In this document: in pieces, positions 28,889-36,779 of the stretch
Layout of the letters: each line of letters starts with the position of its first letter
Position numbering within the stretch: the stretch's first letter is position 1
Source: Candidatus Latescibacterota bacterium
GTDB lineage: Bacteria > Latescibacterota > UBA2968
Direction: 5' to 3'
Assembly: GCA_965205975.1 (NCBI GenBank)
Contig: OZ242195.1
Location: forward strand, 1,792,001 to 1,856,000
Length of the DNA: 64,000 nt
Translations under genes and position numbers: made by a program
Notes under the pieces: generated by a model
Told to the model about the DNA's origin: nothing
The model's database searches: none
The model's input: only the letters and a program-made list of their open reading frames with translations

Positions 28889-30600
28889 ATACTCGCTGTT
28901 TTTTTATTTAAATGAGCATAAACCCCATCTTGCATAGTCAGCCACTCAGGCGTGCCCTGCTCTGCGATCTGTCCCTCATCCAATACCACAATTTCATCTG
29001 CGTTTTGAATGGTCGATAGCCGATGTGCGATGATGATTGTCGTCCTTCCTTTTCGCACGGTTTTCAATGCTTCTTGAATGTGATATTCAGATTCCATATC
29101 CAAGGCGGCAGTAGGTTCATCTAAAATCAAAATGGGCGTGTCCATCAACAGCACACGCGCCAAGGCAATGCGCTGTTTCTGCCCTTCAGACATCTGCGCC
29201 CCTTGTTCTCCTACCAGTGTTTCATATCCTTCGGGCAATGATGCGATGAAGTCGTGGATGTACGCAGCCTGTGTTGCAGCCTGAACATCTCGCAAAGGTA
29301 TGTCGTGTCCAAAGGTCAGGTTGTCCAAAATACTGCCCTGAAATAAGGTGCTACCCTGCATGGCGAATCCTACCTGCTGACGGACAGATTTTAAGCGGTA
29401 GTTCCGAATATCGTAACCATCAATAGACACATATCCCTCTTGCGGATCATAAAATCTCGGGATCAATTTGGCAAGTGTTGATTTGCCAGACCCACTCTTG
29501 CCGACCAGAGCAATGGTGGTCTGCGCGGGAATGTGCAGGTTGATGTGGCGCAAAACGGGTTGGTCTTCTTGATACGAAAAACACACACTGTGAAACCCGA
29601 TTTCACCTCTCACCTGTGGCAAGGAGGGCATATCAGGACGCTCCTGTATTTCGGGTTGCAAGTCATAGACCTCAAAAAAGCGATTGATGCGAACCAATGC
29701 CATTTCAACCTGTCCTACGAGACCGATGAGATTGCCGATTGGACCGTAGAGATATCCCACATACCCCGAAAAAGCCATATAACTGCCCAGAGAGAGATTG
29801 CCGTTTAGAACTTCTGTCCAACCGTACCAGCCATACGCCAAAGTACCCGCTGTTTTTACCAACGACCCGATAAACCCAAATCCCCCACTTAAATGCGTTG
29901 ACCGGATTCGCAATTTGGAAACATCAATAAAAATATCTCTGATCTTATAGTAAAACGCGGCTTCCAGTCCCAGTGCTTGCACAGTGCGAATGCCCGAAAG
30001 CGATTCGTATGATGTGGCAGATGACTCAGCCGAGGCTTCGGTTAATTTTTTAGACACTCTGCTAAGATATTTCTTTGAAATCATAACCAATACGGTATCG
30101 AAAGGTAGTACCGCCAGACTGATCAATGCCAGTTTCCAGTTAATATAAAGCAAAATAGGTGGAAAAATGAGCAACTGAAGCGAGTTCATAATCAGGCTGT
30201 TCACCATCCCTACGGTGCTATTGACAGAACTATCCATATCTCTAAATCGAGACAGGATTTCGCCCGTCTGCCGGTTGTCAAAAAAGCTGAAGTCCAGCGA
30301 TTGTATGTGGGAATAGAGTCGCGATTTGAAATCCAACCCCATGTTGACACCCACATAACGCGCGAAATAAGTGCTCAACAGATTTGTGAATCCCAATCCT
30401 GTCGAGAGCACAGCACCCAAAATCAGAATAAAGGTCAGGAGCGTGTAGTCTTTGTGCGGATACACATCATCAATCAAAACCTTAGTGATGTACGGTCCCG
30501 GAATTTGCAAAAACATGACCATGATGCCCACGAGAAGAGACTGAAAGATAAACCGCCAGTAAGGACGGAGCATTTTGATGATTTTGAATATCTGGCGCAT
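28885..30600 (-). CDS. ABC exporter (fused TMD-NBD) without an N-terminal C39 peptidase domain
   Basis: FFDNRQTGEILSRF, GKSGSGKST, MSEGQKQR, LILDEPT, IAHRLST. Confidence 0.92.
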   Translation of the reverse strand: MRQIFKIIKMLRPYWRFIFQSLLVGIMVMFLQIPGPYITKVLIDDVYPHKDYTLLTFILILGAVLSTGLGFTNLLSTYFARYVGVNMGLDFKSRLYSHIQSLDFSFFDNRQTGEILSRFRDMDSSVNSTVGMVNSLIMNSLQLLIFPPILLYINWKLALISLAVLPFDTVLVMISKKYLSRVSKKLTEASAESSATSYESLSGIRTVQALGLEAAFYYKIRDIFIDVSKLRIRSTHLSGGFGFIGSLVKTAGTLAYGWYGWTEVLNGNLSLGSYMAFSGYVGYLYGPIGNLIGLVGQVEMALVRINRFFEVYDLQPEIQERPDMPSLPQVRGEIGFHSVCFSYQEDQPVLRHINLHIPAQTTIALVGKSGSGKSTLAKLIPRFYDPQEGYVSIDGYDIRNYRLKSVRQQVGFAMQGSTLFQGSILDNLTFGHDIPLRDVQAATQAAYIHDFIASLPEGYETLVGEQGAQMSEGQKQRIALARVLLMDTPILILDEPTAALDMESEYHIQEALKTVRKGRTTIIIAHRLSTIQNADEIVVLDEGQIAEQGTPEWLTMQDGVYAHLNKKTASI

Positions 30601-30967
30601 TGGATCGTACCGTGGTATTTCAAAAGAAGGTCTATAACGAATGCCGAAAGCGTGTCATCTATCAGGACTGGCGTTGTGCCTATACGTTGACGAGCCTGCC
30701 GCAGAGTACAGTACTTTGATATAGTGGCCTATGAAAACCGGTTTGCAGACTGCCCTACCTCCGGTAGGCAGGCACGCGGGCAAGAGGTAGATAGGCGCGA
30801 ACACAACATAGCGATCCACCGTCGAGAAATTATTATGGGTGTTCAACACACTCCTATAAGACAATACGGTAAGCATTGAACACCCAATGATCAGAGGTCA
30901 TATATTTTGTTCTTCTAAGCGGCTATCAATGATTAAATCCGAAATTCATTTGATCTTTTGACATCCG

Positions 30968-31330
30968 CTAATTACCCTCATCCTTCTTCTTTTCTTCCTC
31001 CTCTTCATCCTCTGTTTCTATTTCCGGTACAGGCGGTTCCTTTGGAGGACTTTCATCGTGGCAAGCCACCCAACAAGATTGATATGATGAGGCTAATCCA
31101 GTAACGGTCGCCGCGATGGCTGCGCCACCTGGTCCACCGCCACCAAAACCTGCCCCAAGAGCAGATGCCAACATGTTTGATCCAACTGTATTCACGGCAT
31201 CTTCATGCACTTCTTGAACTGCTTGGTTACGCTGATGAATTTCTAAACTTCTTTCGAGAGCCCTTTGCTCAGCAATAGGCGTTTCAGTGGTATCCACCTC
31301 CACTGTCGGCATAGGGAGATTCAGATTCAT
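30968..31330 (-). CDS. Putative exported peptide/bacteriocin-like precursor
   Basis: AAAGGAG RBS; no Sec signal; core ALGAGFGGGGPGGAAIAATVTGLAS, then CWVACH, then a Pro/Glu-rich acidic tail; lies between CPBP and ABC exporter genes. Confidence 0.65.
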   Translation of the reverse strand: MNLNLPMPTVEVDTTETPIAEQRALERSLEIHQRNQAVQEVHEDAVNTVGSNMLASALGAGFGGGGPGGAAIAATVTGLASSYQSCWVACHDESPPKEPPVPEIETEDEEEEEKKKDEGN

Positions 31331-31365
31331 GGTTTACTCCTTTCTTGAAAAGTGATGACCTCTGA

Positions 31366-32115
31366 TCAAAAAATAAAAAATTCTCTATATTGAAATACCA
31401 CTATAGCGACCAAATTCGCAATAGAATGAAACACAAAGCTTGCGGTTAGTGAATTTGTACGTTCTACTAAGTATGCTGTTACCAAACCATATAAGAATAC
31501 AAAAGGAAGGTTTGTAACAGCTAACCAGTATTGAAAATGGTATGCTGTAAAAATGATGGCTGAAATTAAAACGGCATTTCGTTCGAGATAACGTTTACGT
31601 AAGGTTCTGTACAACATCCCTCGAAAGTACAATTCTTCTTGAAATGGAATTAAAAATCCCATCACTATTATTTGGTTATAAAATATCGCCCCAGAATACT
31701 TCGCGGGTATGTTGTCAAAATTTACGATTTTCCAGTTCCATATAAGTGACAGGAAAGCACCGAGGATTAAAGCAAAAACGATATCTTGAGTTTGAGGAGC
31801 CTGGATACCCCATATTTTCCTGAGTGATAACTTCACTTTTTTATATTGCCATATAAGAAATGCAAGAAAGGCAAGTATCAAAACCAATCCGAGATATATT
31901 TGCCCAATAAGAACAATATTTTGAACCTTTAAACCCCATCTGTTGACGTGATTAAAATGTGCCATCAAAAGGCCAAACACGGCAATAACTACGAAACCGA
32001 TCACACAATATAAAACTAACCAGAGAATTAATCTTTTAATAGACCAGGGGAGTTGTAGTCGCTGAGTGCCATCAAATCCCAAATTATTATCTATATCTAT
32101 TTTGCTATCTTTCAT
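31366..32115 (-). CDS. CPBP family (type II CAAX/Abi) intramembrane metalloprotease
   Basis: EELYFRG, FTAYH, HSIAN motifs; visibly AT-rich. Confidence 0.92.
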   Translation of the reverse strand: MKDSKIDIDNNLGFDGTQRLQLPWSIKRLILWLVLYCVIGFVVIAVFGLLMAHFNHVNRWGLKVQNIVLIGQIYLGLVLILAFLAFLIWQYKKVKLSLRKIWGIQAPQTQDIVFALILGAFLSLIWNWKIVNFDNIPAKYSGAIFYNQIIVMGFLIPFQEELYFRGMLYRTLRKRYLERNAVLISAIIFTAYHFQYWLAVTNLPFVFLYGLVTAYLVERTNSLTASFVFHSIANLVAIVVFQYREFFIF

Positions 32116-32175
32116 GTTCTTCTCGCATGTAAAAGGTGCAGCTCTCGAAGGCCATAATGAACTTGATTCGCGTCA

Positions 32176-33447
32176 CTATCTACCGCCTCTATCTTCCAAC
32201 CCATAAATCTCCGGACGCCCAATTTTGCCCACGGTTTTCAAAAACTTCTTCCACAGCAAGCCAACGATAGGACCGCGCTTTGTCACGATCTTGGCTTCTA
32301 TACCCATGCCATAAGCAAGCGGACATTCTTTCTCACCATTAGATAAATGCGGATCTATCACACTGATCTTCACCGGATAAACAGTGCTCATACCGCCTGG
32401 AACGAGACCGGCACCTATGGGTGTAATAGGTTCGGGTTTTCTCGGCACGTCTGTCACCCTGCCCTCAAAAATCTTGTATTCCATGTGCGGGAAAGCATTC
32501 ACATATATTCGCACCTTATGTCCCTCTTTCACCTTTGGGATATCCACTTCTTGAATCATCACCTCTGCTTGCCAACTGTGCAATTCGGCCAGTTCAATCA
32601 CGGCTTCACCCGCCTCAATGCGGTCTCCTTCGCGTTTATCCAAATCGCGTGTCAACACCGTTCCAGAAACAGGTGCGTATATCTTCATCTGTTCCAGACG
32701 GGTTTTGATAAGACGATGGCTGACCTCTAATTTTTTGTATGTCTGCTCCAGCATCTCGTGTTCCTGCTTGCGATTGTCCAGAGCAACCAACCGTCGTTTT
32801 GCACGCTCAATTTCTACTTTTGCACCCTCTACCCGCGTCTGGTGTACCCGAATAGGGATCAACGTATCAACAGGTGGTCGCACACTCCCATCTTCGCGAT
32901 AAGGCGCGTATTTGCGATAGATCTGGTATTCTTGCCGAACCTGTTCCAATTGCAACTGCGCGGTCTCATACGCCACTTCAGCCCGCGCTATCTCTGTCTC
33001 CAAAACAGCGCGCTCGCGTTGCAATTCTGCGACCAACGCCACACGCCGCCCCTGATTTATTCCCAGTTCATGTTCGAGTTGCTCCAATTCCGTGCGTAAA
33101 TCGGTATCGTCCAGAGTCAGCATCAAATCACCCTGTGCAATCTCTTGTCCGTGTTGCACATGAACCGTCTGGATCAAACCTGATCGCTGTGCTTTCACTT
33201 CATAACGCGCAGTAGGCTGCAAGCGACCTTGTCCTGCAACCGTAATTTCCATGCCCAAATGCCAGCCCAAAAGACAGATAAACGCGACCATACTCCCCAC
33301 AACGCACAAAATAGTGAGCAAGAAATAGCGCACAAACCGGAACCCAATTCCCGAAGTTGAGAGGGCTTCTCGCGTCTCCGTGTTTGCAAAATCTCCCTCT
33401 TTTTGGGGATAGCCATTGAATCGTACAACCTGTTCACTGTGTACCAT
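32176..33447 (-). CDS. HlyD family secretion adaptor (membrane fusion protein)
   Basis: Single TM, split lipoyl-like halves (VQHGQEIAQGD; IYAPVSG), long coiled coil, LAYGMG. Confidence 0.9.
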   Translation of the reverse strand: MVHSEQVVRFNGYPQKEGDFANTETREALSTSGIGFRFVRYFLLTILCVVGSMVAFICLLGWHLGMEITVAGQGRLQPTARYEVKAQRSGLIQTVHVQHGQEIAQGDLMLTLDDTDLRTELEQLEHELGINQGRRVALVAELQRERAVLETEIARAEVAYETAQLQLEQVRQEYQIYRKYAPYREDGSVRPPVDTLIPIRVHQTRVEGAKVEIERAKRRLVALDNRKQEHEMLEQTYKKLEVSHRLIKTRLEQMKIYAPVSGTVLTRDLDKREGDRIEAGEAVIELAELHSWQAEVMIQEVDIPKVKEGHKVRIYVNAFPHMEYKIFEGRVTDVPRKPEPITPIGAGLVPGGMSTVYPVKISVIDPHLSNGEKECPLAYGMGIEAKIVTKRGPIVGLLWKKFLKTVGKIGRPEIYGLEDRGGR

Positions 33448-33503
33448 AACTCATTCAGCTCACTGTTGAAAGTGAATTTCGACCAGACAAATGAACATTC
33501 AAT

Positions 33504-34223
33504 TCAAACATCTTCCGAAAGCGTTTGAATTTCTCCGCGCATAACTTTTGTGCGGTACTCGGTAGGCGGCATTCCGTGTATGGTCTTGAAAGCCTCGCGC
33601 AAACGATTTGGTGAAAGAAACCCGCACGCACTTGCAATTTCATAGACGAATACTGAAGGTTCTTTTATCAAATGCTGTGCCCGTGAAACCCTTATCTCTC
33701 GCAATTTTTCTGAGAACGTCTTGCCCACATGTTTTTTGAACAATTTGCAACCGTGCGATCTGGAAAATCCGAAATGGGCCATGAGGTCATCAAAGCTCAG
33801 CCCTGGGTCGCTGTAATGCGCCTCCAAAAACGACTCCAGACTCCTTTTTATCCAATCTTGTGATGGCATGCACTTCTTGACCTTTGCCAAAAATTTATCC
33901 TTGCGGATCGGTTTATCCAGCACGCCTACAGCACCCAGCTTGAGCATCCTTTCCATTAATTCCAGGCGTTCCATCCCGCCCATGATCAGGACAGGTGTTT
34001 GAATTTCCTCTACCTTTAGACAAGTCAAAAGAGATATCGCATCGAGGTCTCTTATATCTTTGTCAACCACAGCGAGATCAATCTTCTCACGTCTCAAAGT
34101 TTTAAACCCTGCTACGCCATCTCTCGCTGTGAATACGTCGTAAAGTTCATCATTCAAGTATTCACAAAGAGTCGATATAACGCAGCTATCGCGATCTACA
34201 ATTAAAACTTTCTTCGCATTCAT
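33504..34223 (-). CDS. Response regulator with receiver domain and AraC-type HTH
   Basis: VLIVD...DLAVVD...DKP receiver; FKKHVGKTF...IASACGF...FKTIHGMPPTEYR. Confidence 0.88.
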   Translation of the reverse strand: MNAKKVLIVDRDSCVISTLCEYLNDELYDVFTARDGVAGFKTLRREKIDLAVVDKDIRDLDAISLLTCLKVEEIQTPVLIMGGMERLELMERMLKLGAVGVLDKPIRKDKFLAKVKKCMPSQDWIKRSLESFLEAHYSDPGLSFDDLMAHFGFSRSHGCKLFKKHVGKTFSEKLREIRVSRAQHLIKEPSVFVYEIASACGFLSPNRLREAFKTIHGMPPTEYRTKVMRGEIQTLSEDV

Positions 34224-34292
34224 ATTTTCCCCATACGCTAAAAATTTCTACAACCATATTCAAAACATGCTCTTTGCACGAAAACAGATATA

Positions 34293-34308
34293 TGCAACCT
34301 GTGTGCCA
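34293..34308 (-). promoter_or_regulatory. Sigma-54 (-24/-12) promoter
   Basis: Minus strand TGGCAC-ACAGG-TTGCA matches TGGCAC-N5-TTGCW, 70 bp upstream of the regulator ATG. Confidence 0.8.
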
Positions 34309-34508
34309 ATTTAAATTTTTCAAGCAATAATACATGTAACCTATTATCTTTACTTCATATAGAGTTATTACCGCACAAAATCCAGACCGAATATCAAATT
34401 AAAAAGTGAAAATATTGTTCACTTATTCCCGATCAATTGAACATTACTTGCACCTTATGCGCTTTAATTCGCATTGACAATCACCCTTTGGGTCGCTACC
34501 TTAGTTTA

Positions 34509-34585
34509 GTCTTCTCAAGACCTATCTTGAGATACTCACCGCCGCTGACAGATGACTTGCCACGGTCTTGTCGGCGGCTCTTTTA
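34509..34585 (+). ncRNA. Candidate small RNA
   Basis: TTGACA(34474)-17 bp-TACCTT(34497) followed by two hairpins and TCTTTT; no credible downstream ORF on this strand. Confidence 0.4.
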
Positions 34586-34795
34586 TGATAATACTGTCAC
34601 ACCTGAAATTTCAACACAAAAAGTCCCCGCGTATTTGTGATTTCCACCGCGTATTTCTGTTTTTTTTATTGTTTTTGAGATTAAGCATAAAAAAACTGTG
34701 AATGGACTTCCCATTCACAGTTCGCAAAAATATGGGGCGGGCACGGGGCACCGCCCTTACGCAGGCCTGCGCTACATCTATCTATATCTCGCCTT

Positions 34796-36775
34796 TCATC
34801 TGCGTCTATCTGCGTCCATCTGCGGATGCCCTTGTAATTGCTTCTTTCCCTTTTCAACCTCTTCCACCGCCGTCATAATCCCATCAATAAATTCATCTGC
34901 TATATCGTCTTTCTGCTTTTGCTGCTGTTCGTAAAGCAAGCGATAGACCTCGCACTCTTCCAGCAAATCGTCGTGGCCTCCCCAGCCCGCCATGCGACCG
35001 TTGTCCAGCACCAGAATGCGATCCGCCCGCATCGCCGTAGAAATTCTGTGCGTAATCACAAAAGTCGTGCGCCCCTCCATCAAATGATCCAGCGTCTCTT
35101 GAATCTTCGCCTCCGTCTTTGCATCCAGTGCTGAAGTCGTATCGTCCAAAATCAGAATACTGGGATCGGTGACAACAGCCATCGCAAAAGCCAAACGCTG
35201 TTTTTGACCGCCCGATAAATTGGTACCGCGCTCCTCGACCGGCGCTTCGTATTTCTCTGGCAGCGTCATAATAAAATCGTGCAACTCCGCCGCTTTAGCC
35301 GCATCCATCACCTGTTCGGGCGTGGTATAGGGCTGACCGTAGCGAATATTATCGGCAATCGTCCCGGAAAAAAGAACGGGTTCCTGGGGCACCATACTGA
35401 TGTGCTGTCGCAGTGAAGAAATTTTGACATCTTGTATATCGTAATCGTCCAGAATAATTCTCCCCTCTGTGGGTTCATAAAGACGCATCAACAAACTCAC
35501 CAGCGTACTCTTCCCCGAACCCGAAGGCCCAACCACGGCCACCGAAGTGCCTGGCCGCACGACAAACTTGAGATCTCGAAGAACGTAATCGCCCGCATCT
35601 GTATAGCGAAACGACACATTGCGAAACGACACCCGCCCGCGCACTTTGTCGAGGGTCTTCGCATCTTCCCTATCCTGAATAATCACCTCTTCATCCAGCA
35701 CCTCAAACACGCGACTGATCACCACCAGCATCTGTTGCAACGTAGCATTCACATTGGCAAGAGCAACCAGTGGCGAAAAGAGATTCCCCATCGACATAGA
35801 AAAATAAACCAATTCCCCAACCGTCATCACACCGCCGCGAACCTGTAATGCGCCATAATAAAAGATCAGACCCATTGCAACCCCCCCCACAACCGAACAG
35901 ACTGACCCCAGACCAGAACTCAAAACAGACTGTTTGACGCCCAAACGATACAACCCGATCAGCCGCCTGAAAAAGTCCCGAAACTCCCGTCTTTCTCGCG
36001 CATAAGACAGGATGAGACGAATCCCCTTTGAGCGTTCTTCCAACAGCGCAGAAACCTCGCTATAATCCTCTCGAAACCGCATAAAAACATTTGCTATCGG
36101 ACGCTGAAACACCTTATAAGTCACGACATACGCGGGCAATGCAACAAAAGCCATCAGCGCGAGCTTGACATCAATCGTAAACAGAATCGCCGTACCCATC
36201 AAAATGCGCGCAACATGCCGCAGCGTCTCTACAAAAGTCGTCGTAATTTCGCTCTGCAATAACCCCACATCATCCAAAATGCGCGCCATAATCCGCCCGG
36301 TTTGCTGGCGATCAAAAAACGTCATCTGCAACTGCTGCACTTTCTCGTGCAGCGCAAGGCGGATGCGGAAAACAATCCGCTGCCCCACATAGGAGATGTT
36401 ATAGGTATAAAACCAGTTGAGTGTGGCAAAAAACGATCTCACGACCAGATAGAGAATGAAAATCCACCCCAACCATGCCAGTTTTTCCGTGCGCGTTTTG
36501 GGCAGCATTATCCCGCCTTCTTTGCCCAGCCCCGGAATCGTCGCCTGTGGATCGCGCTTTGGGCGCCTCTCCTCCTGAATCAAAGACTGCATGTGGGCTT
36601 CTGAAACGACTTCACCCGCGGGCTTGAGTTGCAAGACCTCATCAACCGTAATTTTTGAAATAAACCCGAGCAAAAACGTATAGGACGACGTAATAGTGGC
36701 CATCGCAATGACCATCAACATGCGCCCCCAATACGGCTTGATATATAAAATGATAAATCGCTTTAAGTTTTCCAT
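34796..36775 (-). CDS. Heterodimeric ABC exporter subunit (degenerate Walker B)
   Basis: GPSGSGKST, LSGGQKQR, LILDDTTSALD. Confidence 0.92.
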   Translation of the reverse strand: MENLKRFIILYIKPYWGRMLMVIAMATITSSYTFLLGFISKITVDEVLQLKPAGEVVSEAHMQSLIQEERRPKRDPQATIPGLGKEGGIMLPKTRTEKLAWLGWIFILYLVVRSFFATLNWFYTYNISYVGQRIVFRIRLALHEKVQQLQMTFFDRQQTGRIMARILDDVGLLQSEITTTFVETLRHVARILMGTAILFTIDVKLALMAFVALPAYVVTYKVFQRPIANVFMRFREDYSEVSALLEERSKGIRLILSYARERREFRDFFRRLIGLYRLGVKQSVLSSGLGSVCSVVGGVAMGLIFYYGALQVRGGVMTVGELVYFSMSMGNLFSPLVALANVNATLQQMLVVISRVFEVLDEEVIIQDREDAKTLDKVRGRVSFRNVSFRYTDAGDYVLRDLKFVVRPGTSVAVVGPSGSGKSTLVSLLMRLYEPTEGRIILDDYDIQDVKISSLRQHISMVPQEPVLFSGTIADNIRYGQPYTTPEQVMDAAKAAELHDFIMTLPEKYEAPVEERGTNLSGGQKQRLAFAMAVVTDPSILILDDTTSALDAKTEAKIQETLDHLMEGRTTFVITHRISTAMRADRILVLDNGRMAGWGGHDDLLEECEVYRLLYEQQQKQKDDIADEFIDGIMTAVEEVEKGKKQLQGHPQMDADRRR

Positions 36776-36779
36776 AACC

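Noticed and set aside
30655..30876. 73-aa ORF between the precursor and exporter genes
   Set aside because: No clear RBS or recognisable motif and it overlaps hairpins; more likely structured non-coding sequence
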